Shown one piece after another: positions 36,346-46,258 of a stretch of DNA of 64,000 nt. Below the pieces are notes generated by a model, which was not told where the DNA came from, searched no databases, and saw nothing but the letters and a program-made list of their open reading frames with translations. Every line of letters begins with the position of its first letter. Position 1 is the stretch's first letter. The DNA is from Monocercomonoides exilis PA203 (lineage: Eukaryota; Protista; Preaxostyla), in assembly GCA_001643675.2 (NCBI GenBank), contig LSRY02000065.1, positions 186,001 to 250,000 of the forward strand, given 5' to 3'. A program made the translations under genes and the position numbers.

Positions 36346-36906
36346 ATGAAATACCTGCCTAAAAAGCAATTAAAAGTCAATCAAGTCATCAAGCCATCAA
36401 ACCGTAGAGTTTGTATTAATTATATTTGAAAACGAAAAATAGGATCTCATTCGAATTGTTTTTTTTATTTGAACACCTGTTTAAGCGTTTATGCAAAAGA
36501 GTGAAGCTTGTCAGAGAAGTTGTCCGTGAAATTTCTGGATTTAGCCCTTATGAAAAGCGTATTATGGAGTTGTTGAAACTCGGAAAGGAAAAGAGAGCTT
36601 TAAAATTTGCAAAAGCAAGAGTATGCTTTTTTAGTAATGAAAGCGATGTTTCTTATTATTTGAAACCATTGTAATTAAATAACAATTATTTTTAAAAATT
36701 ATTATTTATTTTTCCAGTTGGGAACACATCAACGAGCTTTGAAAAAAAGATCTGAACTTGACAGAATTCTTCATCAAGCCGCAACCAAAAAGAAGGCCGA
36801 CCATCATGTTCACGAACACAAAGAGCACAAGGATCATAAGGAACATAAAGGTGTAAAAAAAACCGAGAAAAAAGAAGAGAAGAAGGTTGAAGTTAAAAAG
36901 AACTAG
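36346..36906 (+). CDS. RPL36: 60S ribosomal protein L36 (eL36), 3 exons, atypical N-terminus and His/Lys/Glu-rich C-terminal extension
   Basis: [42 protein letters not shown]|[14 protein letters not shown]. Introns 36409-36485 and 36621-36717; start codon uncertain. Confidence 0.85.
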
Positions 36907-37528
36907 ATGATATTTTATTATAAGAATTTGCTGTGAAATGCTGATCTCATTTCTTTAAAAAAACAAGCTTCATCAAATACATGGTGATTTTGTTTATTTG
37001 TTTCAAAGAGTTGTGTTTAATGATGTATTTTTAGTGGAGAGTTAAATAGTCATTTTGTTAGTGTGATAAGCATAGTTGAAGAACTTCTCAAGAAAATGTT
37101 ATACGAATTTGCTCTTCAATTTTCAAATATTTATCAATCAAATCTGCAAGAGGATGTTTGTGGACTTTTGCAAATAAAAGTCAAAACAACAAAAGCTGAA
37201 TTGAAATTACAAGTCATAAAGAAGAATAAAGTGAAAAAATTCAAAAAAATAAATTGCTTTCCTTTGTCTTGAAATTTTGTTAAACAAAACAGGTTGTTTG
37301 TGTGTTATCTTCTTATGAAAGAATAAGTTTTAATTCTGAAAAAACTTTTCTGTCTTTTTGTTTTCACTCAATTTTTTCTTTATATAAAAATTTTGAAGTT
37401 CATTTTAACCAAGTTTCCATTCATCTCGTTATTTGTTTTCATATTATGTGAAAATTTCAGAAGAAGTTGAAAATTGATCAAATTTTTGTATTATTTAATT
37501 TTGAATTGCCACAAACTTTGTTTTGGCT

Positions 37529-40500
37529 ATGAACAGATGCTTGCTTTTGTTTGCCTGCTTTCTTTCGGCTAAAACATTTGAAGAGCAATATTGCTTTCGA
37601 TATTTCGGTATAAAAAGTAGCAATACAGATTCCGATTCATTTGTGCGCAATTTCTGTTTTTTATCAAAAAGATTCAGCATATTAAATACTTATTCGACAT
37701 CACATGCAATTCCATCAACTAAATTTGGACTGTTTTCTCCTCGCAACACGAAGGGGTTGAGTCTAAGTCAGTTCACTTCTGATAATTCATTTTTTGGATT
37801 ATTCAACTCCACACTCGAATTGAAAAGAATTACAATTGAATTACTTTCTTCGCCATTTGTGCTCGCAGCAAGAAATTCAACCGTCGAACTCGATTCTTGC
37901 ATTTCACAACAAAAATCTGTTTCGCCGTTTCATCTTGAAAGCGGGTCAATCTGCCTCACAAACTTGAGTTTGATCCCCCAAAAGAGTCTTAACCCCTCCA
38001 GTCTCATATTTTCATCTGATGATTCCAATTCAGCCATTTTGAAGAATTCTATCATCACAGATCTTTCTATTTCATCATCAGACAATTTCCTGCTATCAGG
38101 AAAGAGCAAAAGCGAACAGATTCATGATTGTGCCTTCAGGAACATGTCTGTGAAATATGACAAGAAAAGTGATTATCAAATGGACCATTTATGCCATTTC
38201 AATTCAATGGAGAACTGCTTTATTTGTTCTTCTTTGAATGTGTTTGAAGGAGGGATCTCGAGTGGATCCTATTCTTCTCAAGAATTTGTTTGCAAAAACA
38301 CAACAATTAGCAATGGAAAAAGAGAAACAAATGCTCTTCAAAGAAAAGAAAAATTGGACTCAACAGAAAGTCAATCATTTTCATTGTGTGAATGGACTGA
38401 TTGCACAGCCGAACAAGGAGGTGCTCTTTTTGTGCATGACAATGAAAATGCAATATTGACAGTTAAAAACTCTTCATTTTTGAGATGCAATGCTTCTTCG
38501 ACAAGAGGAGGTGGAATATATGCTTTGAAAATTGGAGAATGCAATGTTAAACATTCCACATTTGAAAAGTGCTTTTGTGCTTCGTCAACTGATCACGGAG
38601 GGGCTGGAATAGAATTTGAAGGAATAAGTGTGCAACTATTTGTTGATAACTGTTTGTTCAAAGATGGATGGAGCGGAAATGATGGTGGAGGAATCGGTGC
38701 TTGGGGGGCAAAAACAACAAAAACAAAAGATTGCATATTGAATTGCTTTTTCCTAAATTGTAGTGGAAATAACTATGACGACGGTGGTGGAGGAGGCTTT
38801 AAACAATGGAATGCAGTTGATAAAATTGTATTGAAAAATTGTCTTTTTCAAGGATGTCATGCAGATAAGAGAGGTGGAGCTGTGTGCATTGAGACAAATG
38901 GATACACTGGAAATCTTTTGTGGTTTTGCTTTTTCCACAATAATACAGCTCCAAATGGAAATGATATTTTAATTTATGATAACTTCACAGATTCCCAAAT
39001 TGTTTTCTGTTATTCAACAAGAGCTGATGGGAATAGATATTATGCAGATGGAGATAGAAGTGAATGGCTGCCAAATGAAGGAGGAAGAAGCCGATTTGTT
39101 TCATCAAAGACGAATCAAGCGAATGCAAAAGATACGTTCAGCTGCGGATTGGACGAAGACCATCCGTGTGAATCATTGAGCCATTGCATCACGCAACTTA
39201 TTCCTGAATATGTGGAGCGCATTAAAATCATGAATGGGACGATTTTTGAACACAGCGAGGTGATTGTGAGATCAAATGCTTTTGCCATTAGTGGAGCAGG
39301 TCTGGGGAAAAGTGTCGTTGTAACTGGATTTATATCTGAAAGGCTGACTCTTTTTTCAGTTGGACCAGGAGAATTGAGTGTGAGCGATCTGTCTGTGATT
39401 CACAACACATCGTTTGAAAACAACAGGCGATGCAGACTGTTTGAGATTCAGGGAATTGGGTTGATGGATGTGAAGCGAATGAACATTTCGATGGATGCAG
39501 CTCATTCGGAAGAGAGGAGCATTCAAAACTCACTTGTGAAACTGGAAGGGGGAGAGTTGAAGATGCAAGATGTGAGATGGGGACGAACATTCAGCACTGC
39601 AAGTGTGATATTAGTGCCTCAGGAATCGTCTGTTTCGCTGTCTCTGGACAACTGCACATTCAGCAACATTGTTGGAACAACAGCAAGATCATCGTTGATA
39701 GGTGCCAGTGAAGGGCCATTTTCGATAACTCTTGATAGATGCACGATTGATGGCTGTGGGAGTGAAGATTCTGAGTTTGGAGGGGGAATGATGATTGAAG
39801 CTGGAAGAGAGAGTTCATTGAATGTGAAAGGAGGCATTGTGAAGAACTGTTTTGCCTCGACCACTCAAGGGAGAGGTGGAGGGGTTGGACTGAAAGTGAA
39901 AGATACAGGTGCAGAATTTCTGATTTCTTCAGCATTCAACGGAAACAGGGCCAAATGGGGAAGTGATATTTTCATTGATTCTCCCAATTTGGAATCAACA
40001 GCAAGAAGCGGGAAGATCACTTCATTGACAGCATCAATTTCCACGATTAACAAAATCCGAGGATTCCACAATGGGGATGAAACGATTCCGATTCCGCTGT
40101 GTGTTTATCTGATTCCTTTGCCAAGCGAGATTGTTGTGAGCAATGCTGATGCATTTGATCATTCTCATTGTGGATTTGCTGAGTTTCCCTGTCTGACTCT
40201 GAAGCATTCACTGGAAATGCAAGAAGAGGAAAAGAATATTGTTGTTGATGGGATGATCGAAATGCAAGATGAGCTGACATTTGAATCCTTGAAGCACACA
40301 ATCAGAGGGAAAGATGAAAACAGTGGATGGAAAGTGATTGACGATTCTGATGGAAGCAAAGAAAGCATGATAACAATAAGTGCAAATACTGTTTTGAAAT
40401 CACTTGTTTTCTCTGTTCCTTCTTCACTCGCAAATCACGAAATCTTCTTCTTTTCTTCTTCACAATCATTTTCGCTTGAGAGCTGCTCACTGACATTTCA

Positions 40501-43500
40501 AAATTCTCGATCAGCCTTGTCTTGTGTGTTTTTATCTGTAACAGCAGGCGAGATGTCTGTTTCGTCTTTTGTTGTATCATCCTTGGTGATTGGGAGTCAT
40601 CCATTGATTCGCCTTGACGGAAACAATGCTACAGGCACATTCACTTCCACGATCATTGAAGATATAAGCTCGACAGTTAATAGTGTTTTGTTTGGAGCGG
40701 AGAATGGAGCGTCTTTTACGATTCAAGATTCAACGCTTTCAGTGAAAACAGCATCACAAACAGAATCATCATCAACAGGATCAATTCGAATGATTTCCAC
40801 AAATTCAGGAAAGTCAATAAAATTGTCGAACAATACGATGAGAGGATTCAAAGGGGGTGGAGGAAATGGGGGAGTAATTGAATGCACACTTGGGAGAGAT
40901 TGTTCTCTTGAAATTGTTGGAGGGATGATGTTCGGGTGTGAGAGCAAAAGAGGAAATGGAGGAGGGATGTGGGTTGAGATGAAAGAAGGATCATCATTCA
41001 CTGTGGGAAACCTGACAGAGGCAGACTCAGCAAGGGCAATATTTTCCAGCGAGGAAAGGTGTTTATTTCAACTTGAGAACTGCAAGGCAAGGCAAACAGC
41101 AGATGGAGAGTGTGGATATGGAGGAGGGATTTATCTTCATTTGGCTGATGGGGCAAGCTCATTCACTTTGAAGGATGTTTCATTTTCCGCTTGTGATGCT
41201 CAAGAAGGGAAAGAAATCTTCATCAATGCAAATGATCTTTGGAGTGTGATTGACAGGAGATCGATTGGATTTGAGGTTGATTTGAATAACTTCACAAAAT
41301 TGAATGGGTTTGAGAGATCAACATCGAATGAGACATTTGCCATTCCGCTGGTGGTGTATCTGTGGAACAACTTTTCAGCACCAGTGTTTGTGGGAGGAGG
41401 ATCATTGAGCCATGATTTCTCGAAGTGTGGATTTGAAGAGTTTCCATGCTCATCCATTTCGAAGGCAGTGTCAATCCATTTTGAAGGGAAGAAAAAGGAT
41501 GTTGCTCTTCTTGAGCCATTTGTCTTTGAGGAGGAACTGGGGGTGACTTCAAATGAATGGAGCATTGCATCCAAAGAGAATGAGATGAAGTGCGATGTTT
41601 GTGATCAGAAAGAGGGAGCTCAAAGTGGATTGATTGAAAGCTCGGTGTCTGTGTCTGTGACTGGCATTGTATTTTCTTTGACGAAATCGCTGACGTTTCA
41701 TGAGAGTGTGTTTGAGTGCCATTCAGGGAAGCTCACACTGAATGGATGTGGGATGGAAGGAGGCACTGAGACTATTTGGACAGTGTTTGTGAAGGCTGTT
41801 GGAGGGGTTGTGGAGGTGAGTGAGTTTGGATCAGAGAATATGAAAATTGGAGATTCATCGATATTTGTTGTTGAGGGGAATGCTGAAAGTGTGCCTTCGA
41901 TGAATATGACTCATAGTGATTTTTTGGAAATCACATTTGGTGATGGGTGTGTTGTTGAGTGCCACGAGGGGATCATTGAAGAGATGTCTGGATGCACATT
42001 TTCATCGATCACTCGTTGGAAGGGAAGTGGAGGATGCATCAGCATTGTGAACAATGAGGATGAGGATGATGATGGAAGAGATTTCAAAGCGGAAATAGAT
42101 GATTGCACATTTGAAGGGTGTGCTGTTGAAGAAGAGAGAACTGAAATTGGAGGAGGTGCACTCTTTTGTGATGTATCTTCAAAAACGAATCTGTTGATAA
42201 GTTTGTGTTCGTTTTATTGTTGCACAGCACCATATGAAGAGGGAAGTGTTGGATATGGAGGAGGAATAATGCTGAAGATGCTGAAAGAGGAAGAAGAAGG
42301 AAAAGCAGGGTTTGTGATATCCTCACCAGTTTTTTCATCTGAGAAGCCAAACAATGCGAAATATGGGAAGGACATGTTCATTTCATCTCCGTTGCTTATC
42401 AAGAGTGTCAAGAACGAAACCCTGCCATTTGTGAAAGACAGATTGGAGTTACTGACAGAGGACTCGATGAGGGGATATGATGGAGAAAACAAAGAGTGTG
42501 CAATCCCGCTGATCTATTTCTGGAAAGAGGTTGGAACGAGTGTATATGTTGCAGAGAAAGGAAACAATGTTGTTGTGTGTGGATTGAGCGAGTATCCATG
42601 CCGATCTGTTGATTATGGGATGAATCGTATCGGCAGTTCAACAGTCGAGCAGATGATGATTCATGGGGTTTGTGATGTGAGGAGTGTGACAGAGATGAAT
42701 GGGATGAAACTGGAAGGAACAAATATGGAATCAGACAAAATCCGATTTGTGAAAGGGATTGAAGAAAATGGGAATGTTGTTGTTGAATGCAAAGGGGTTG
42801 TTCAGTTCGGTGAATTGGGGATTCTGATTCCCAGTTCCTTTAGCAACGGAGCAAACATCCTCATCCAGGCAGGTTCAGATGCAATCAAAACGGGTGTTGT
42901 GAGCTGTTCAATTCACACAATTGGCAATGCTGAAAGAGAGGTGTCATTTGTATTGATCAGTGCATTGAAAGGAATTGTTTTGATTGAAAATACAAAGATA
43001 GCTGGATTCTCAACGATGCATGAGATAATGAGCATGTCAGCTGATTGTGTGACAACCACGAACAATGTGACATTTGAAGATATTTCATTGAGCGGGAAAA
43101 GTGCAATTGCGATGAGTGAAAGTTTGACTTCTGGAAGGGAGAATGATAATTCAGAAGAAATTTGGAATATTCTATTTGAGCAATGCAGCTTTGTGAATGT
43201 GAAGCACAATGGGTCAAACAACCCTTCATTGCTTTGCTGTGATGTGCCAAATGAAGTGAGACTGAAAATATGGAATTCAACAATAGACGGTTGTGGATCG
43301 ACAAGCTCGAATGAAGGAGGAGGAGTGTTTTTTTTTCTCAATGAGAGGGGGAGACTGGAGATGAATCGCACAAATGTGACAGAGTGTTTCTGCTCGAACA
43401 TTGGGAGAGGAGGAGGACTGTTTTTGAAATCACAGAGTGTTGCACAGAAGGCATTGCCATTTGTGCTGTCGAACATTACATTCAAGGAGAATGTTGCATC

Positions 43501-46258
43501 GAAAGGGAGGGATGTGTTTGTGAAGTGCACAGATCTTGACTTGCAGATAAGTGAGTCACAGTTCCTGATAAATTTTGGGGAGCCATTTGTGAGGGAGCTG
43601 GCGATATGGGGGTGCACAGCAGACAATTATGGGGATGAAGAGGATCTGCTGAGGAGAGTGTTTGTGTTCAGGAGCGAATTCATATTTGTTTCATCGATTG
43701 CAGAGAACAGCAGCGACAGCAAGCAGTGTGGGGAGATGAAGAACACATGCAGATCACTGAATGTTGGGGTGAGCCACATCATCCCATCGGATTATTCACT
43801 GTTATTTGTTTGGAATGAGACAATATTAACCGGTTCGTGCTCGGCTCAAAAAATGACAATCAAGTCGATGGAGGCGAGCAGGAATGGGGAGATAAAAGTG
43901 AGAGAGATTGAGCTTGGGAGTGAGGGAGCTGTGAGAACATCAGAATCTGTTCGAATTGAGAAGGTTTCATTTGTTTTTGGTGGAATGGGGAATGTTGTCT
44001 GCTCGTGCTTGATACATCAGCTGAATGGATCTCTCATTCTGGAATCTGTTTCATTCTTTTCAGAGAGCAGAACAGCAGAAAATTCACAGACCATTTTTGA
44101 CTTTTCTCTGATTGTTGTTGAAGAAGGGTTGTTTGAGGCAGATAGGTGCAGTGTTGGCCACTTGAAATTTTCAAAGACTGTGTTCAACATATTGCATTCA
44201 GACAGGGCAACATTTGAGGATGTGGGAATAGATGATGTGGAATGCAAGAGTTCGTTGATTGAATGTGGGAAAAGTGAGAAAGTGAGTGTTTCGAAGTTGG
44301 CGGCCACAAATGTTGATTTGGAAGAGAGAAGCCTTATATCACTTGAAAACAGCCATTCATCACTCGTTTTTTCATTGATGGTATCATCATTCACAAACAT
44401 CAGTCGATCAACAAGCGGGTCTTGCATTGTTTGCTCGAGTCATCTGATGAGTGGTTTTGAGATGTGCAACTGCTCTTTTCACGAGTGCACATCAGAATCA
44501 CCAAAGGGGAGCCAGGTGGCGATAACATTGGCTGAGAAGATGTTGATGGAGTCGTGTGTGTTTGAGGGGAATCTTGTTTCAGGAACAGAAGGGAATGGAG
44601 TTGCTGATGAAGTGTGCAAATGGAATGGGTCAGTTGTTGACTTATCGATGAGTGAAGCAGTTGTGAGAGACACCACGATTTGCAACTCGTCGAAGGGAGG
44701 GATGAGTGTGAGTGGAGGCACAATATTTATCAAAGATGAAAGATTTGAGAACAACAATCCTTCGATTGAGAAATATCCATCAGTGAGAAGAAACATTATT
44801 TGTTCTGATTCTGGAACATTGAATGTGATGAGTTTGAAAGGAGGTGATGGAGTTTTACCAAATACATCGCTTTGGATTCTGAATGAAGGATGCAATTTTG
44901 AAGGGATTGCATCTGAGAGGGTGTCTCCATTCTTCATTCCAGCGTTGGAGGGTATTGAAGCAAAGGGAGTGGGAGAAGAAGAGGAGATTGTGTTCAAAGG
45001 GAAGCTGCTGCTGCCTTGCAACTTGTCATTCATGGTTGTGAAACAGATGGGAGAAGAAAAGCAGATTGAAAAATATGAGTTCGATGAGAGTGGATACGTG
45101 TCAGAGACCGAAGTTGAAGGGAGACTGCCAAAAGAGACGATAATCAAGGCAGGAGACGAAACAGAAGTGTTCGCTTGCATTCTGTTTGTGGATTCTGGCA
45201 AGCAATCATCCACTGATTCTTTCATTCTGAAGAACAGAAGTGAGCCTAAACTTAAGGAAGATGAAAGAATATCTGAGGAAGAAAACAAAACTGAATGGAG
45301 TTTGATTGCCTTCATTGTTTGTGTGATTGCTGTTGCGGTTCTGTTATTTGTTATTATTCTGGTTGTTGTTCTTGAGCAGAAGAAGCATAATAGAGGTGGA
45401 AGGATATTTGAAGATGCAGACATTGATGGAAAACAGAATGGGGGAATTTGCGAATGGAGAAAAGAAGATAATGGGCAAAGAGTTGAGAAAGAGGGAGAAA
45501 TGAGAAAATTATTGGTTGAAGAATCGGGAAATGAGATAGATGTGATTGCAGAGGAGGTTGAGGAGCTGGAGGTGTGCGAGAACAAAGAAATGGTTGAGAG
45601 TGGATTTGATTGTGAGGAAGTGATAAAGATGGTGCCAATGAGCTATTTGGAAACGCAGACGATTGCTACGCTTCAAAGTTGTGGAGAAGAAGAAAACATG
45701 GAGGCAGGTGCTGGTGAAAATGAAGAGGGGAATTTGTTTAAAAGAGAGAGGAAAACGAAGAAAAGGAAGCTCAGAAAGGGAAAGAAAGAGAAGCAAGTGG
45801 AAATGGATGAGAAAGTGTGGAATGATAGGGAAGGGGCTGAGGTTGGATTTGCAGAGATGAGTGGGATTGGAGTTGATAAGAGAAGAGATGGAACTCAGAC
45901 AGAATGTTATGTTGGGATATCTTCTAAACGTGATTGTCATTTTTCGATCGATGGAGACTATTCAGAGGAAGTGGGTTCGAACAAGTTATTGGAAGAAGAA
46001 ATGAAAAATGAAGATAGGGAAGAGGAAGATGGTGTTATAATGGAAATCGGGGAAGTTCCAGAAGCAGGAAGGAGGATAACTGAAGAAATTGAAAGGGAAG
46101 AATTTGCGAAAGAGAGTGAAGGGGTTGAAGGGGTTGAAGGGGAGGAAAAGCCAAAGAAAAGAAAGAAAAAGAAAAAGAAAAAGAAAAGCCAGAAAAGAGA
46201 AGAAAAATTGGGAATTGTTGAGAACATAGTTGAAATGGGATTGTTAGATGCGGGATAG
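37529..46258 (+). CDS. Giant (~2909 aa) type-I membrane protein, paralog of 16309-25359, lacking the kinase-like tail
   Basis: Signal-like MNRCLLLFACFLSA; ectodomain largely colinear with and often identical to the minus-strand paralog; TM WSLIAFIVCVIAVAVLLFVIILVVVL (~45296-45373); acidic and Lys-rich tail. Confidence 0.85.
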   Translation: MNRCLLLFACFLSAKTFEEQYCFRYFGIKSSNTDSDSFVRNFCFLSKRFSILNTYSTSHAIPSTKFGLFSPRNTKGLSLSQFTSDNSFFGLFNSTLELKRITIELLSSPFVLAARNSTVELDSCISQQKSVSPFHLESGSICLTNLSLIPQKSLNPSSLIFSSDDSNSAILKNSIITDLSISSSDNFLLSGKSKSEQIHDCAFRNMSVKYDKKSDYQMDHLCHFNSMENCFICSSLNVFEGGISSGSYSSQEFVCKNTTISNGKRETNALQRKEKLDSTESQSFSLCEWTDCTAEQGGALFVHDNENAILTVKNSSFLRCNASSTRGGGIYALKIGECNVKHSTFEKCFCASSTDHGGAGIEFEGISVQLFVDNCLFKDGWSGNDGGGIGAWGAKTTKTKDCILNCFFLNCSGNNYDDGGGGGFKQWNAVDKIVLKNCLFQGCHADKRGGAVCIETNGYTGNLLWFCFFHNNTAPNGNDILIYDNFTDSQIVFCYSTRADGNRYYADGDRSEWLPNEGGRSRFVSSKTNQANAKDTFSCGLDEDHPCESLSHCITQLIPEYVERIKIMNGTIFEHSEVIVRSNAFAISGAGLGKSVVVTGFISERLTLFSVGPGELSVSDLSVIHNTSFENNRRCRLFEIQGIGLMDVKRMNISMDAAHSEERSIQNSLVKLEGGELKMQDVRWGRTFSTASVILVPQESSVSLSLDNCTFSNIVGTTARSSLIGASEGPFSITLDRCTIDGCGSEDSEFGGGMMIEAGRESSLNVKGGIVKNCFASTTQGRGGGVGLKVKDTGAEFLISSAFNGNRAKWGSDIFIDSPNLESTARSGKITSLTASISTINKIRGFHNGDETIPIPLCVYLIPLPSEIVVSNADAFDHSHCGFAEFPCLTLKHSLEMQEEEKNIVVDGMIEMQDELTFESLKHTIRGKDENSGWKVIDDSDGSKESMITISANTVLKSLVFSVPSSLANHEIFFFSSSQSFSLESCSLTFQNSRSALSCVFLSVTAGEMSVSSFVVSSLVIGSHPLIRLDGNNATGTFTSTIIEDISSTVNSVLFGAENGASFTIQDSTLSVKTASQTESSSTGSIRMISTNSGKSIKLSNNTMRGFKGGGGNGGVIECTLGRDCSLEIVGGMMFGCESKRGNGGGMWVEMKEGSSFTVGNLTEADSARAIFSSEERCLFQLENCKARQTADGECGYGGGIYLHLADGASSFTLKDVSFSACDAQEGKEIFINANDLWSVIDRRSIGFEVDLNNFTKLNGFERSTSNETFAIPLVVYLWNNFSAPVFVGGGSLSHDFSKCGFEEFPCSSISKAVSIHFEGKKKDVALLEPFVFEEELGVTSNEWSIASKENEMKCDVCDQKEGAQSGLIESSVSVSVTGIVFSLTKSLTFHESVFECHSGKLTLNGCGMEGGTETIWTVFVKAVGGVVEVSEFGSENMKIGDSSIFVVEGNAESVPSMNMTHSDFLEITFGDGCVVECHEGIIEEMSGCTFSSITRWKGSGGCISIVNNEDEDDDGRDFKAEIDDCTFEGCAVEEERTEIGGGALFCDVSSKTNLLISLCSFYCCTAPYEEGSVGYGGGIMLKMLKEEEEGKAGFVISSPVFSSEKPNNAKYGKDMFISSPLLIKSVKNETLPFVKDRLELLTEDSMRGYDGENKECAIPLIYFWKEVGTSVYVAEKGNNVVVCGLSEYPCRSVDYGMNRIGSSTVEQMMIHGVCDVRSVTEMNGMKLEGTNMESDKIRFVKGIEENGNVVVECKGVVQFGELGILIPSSFSNGANILIQAGSDAIKTGVVSCSIHTIGNAEREVSFVLISALKGIVLIENTKIAGFSTMHEIMSMSADCVTTTNNVTFEDISLSGKSAIAMSESLTSGRENDNSEEIWNILFEQCSFVNVKHNGSNNPSLLCCDVPNEVRLKIWNSTIDGCGSTSSNEGGGVFFFLNERGRLEMNRTNVTECFCSNIGRGGGLFLKSQSVAQKALPFVLSNITFKENVASKGRDVFVKCTDLDLQISESQFLINFGEPFVRELAIWGCTADNYGDEEDLLRRVFVFRSEFIFVSSIAENSSDSKQCGEMKNTCRSLNVGVSHIIPSDYSLLFVWNETILTGSCSAQKMTIKSMEASRNGEIKVREIELGSEGAVRTSESVRIEKVSFVFGGMGNVVCSCLIHQLNGSLILESVSFFSESRTAENSQTIFDFSLIVVEEGLFEADRCSVGHLKFSKTVFNILHSDRATFEDVGIDDVECKSSLIECGKSEKVSVSKLAATNVDLEERSLISLENSHSSLVFSLMVSSFTNISRSTSGSCIVCSSHLMSGFEMCNCSFHECTSESPKGSQVAITLAEKMLMESCVFEGNLVSGTEGNGVADEVCKWNGSVVDLSMSEAVVRDTTICNSSKGGMSVSGGTIFIKDERFENNNPSIEKYPSVRRNIICSDSGTLNVMSLKGGDGVLPNTSLWILNEGCNFEGIASERVSPFFIPALEGIEAKGVGEEEEIVFKGKLLLPCNLSFMVVKQMGEEKQIEKYEFDESGYVSETEVEGRLPKETIIKAGDETEVFACILFVDSGKQSSTDSFILKNRSEPKLKEDERISEEENKTEWSLIAFIVCVIAVAVLLFVIILVVVLEQKKHNRGGRIFEDADIDGKQNGGICEWRKEDNGQRVEKEGEMRKLLVEESGNEIDVIAEEVEELEVCENKEMVESGFDCEEVIKMVPMSYLETQTIATLQSCGEEENMEAGAGENEEGNLFKRERKTKKRKLRKGKKEKQVEMDEKVWNDREGAEVGFAEMSGIGVDKRRDGTQTECYVGISSKRDCHFSIDGDYSEEVGSNKLLEEEMKNEDREEEDGVIMEIGEVPEAGRRITEEIEREEFAKESEGVEGVEGEEKPKKRKKKKKKKKSQKREEKLGIVENIVEMGLLDAG

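Noticed and set aside
25360-37528. Region between the inverted receptor genes as a composite transposon or invertible cassette
   Set aside because: No recombinase, terminal repeats or target duplication seen; the interval holds housekeeping genes. Inversion by homologous recombination is possible but unsupported here.
42913-45585. Antisense ORFs (237 and 368 aa) and similar ones within both receptor genes
   Set aside because: Explained by codon bias of the sense ORF; their conservation between loci only reflects the duplication.
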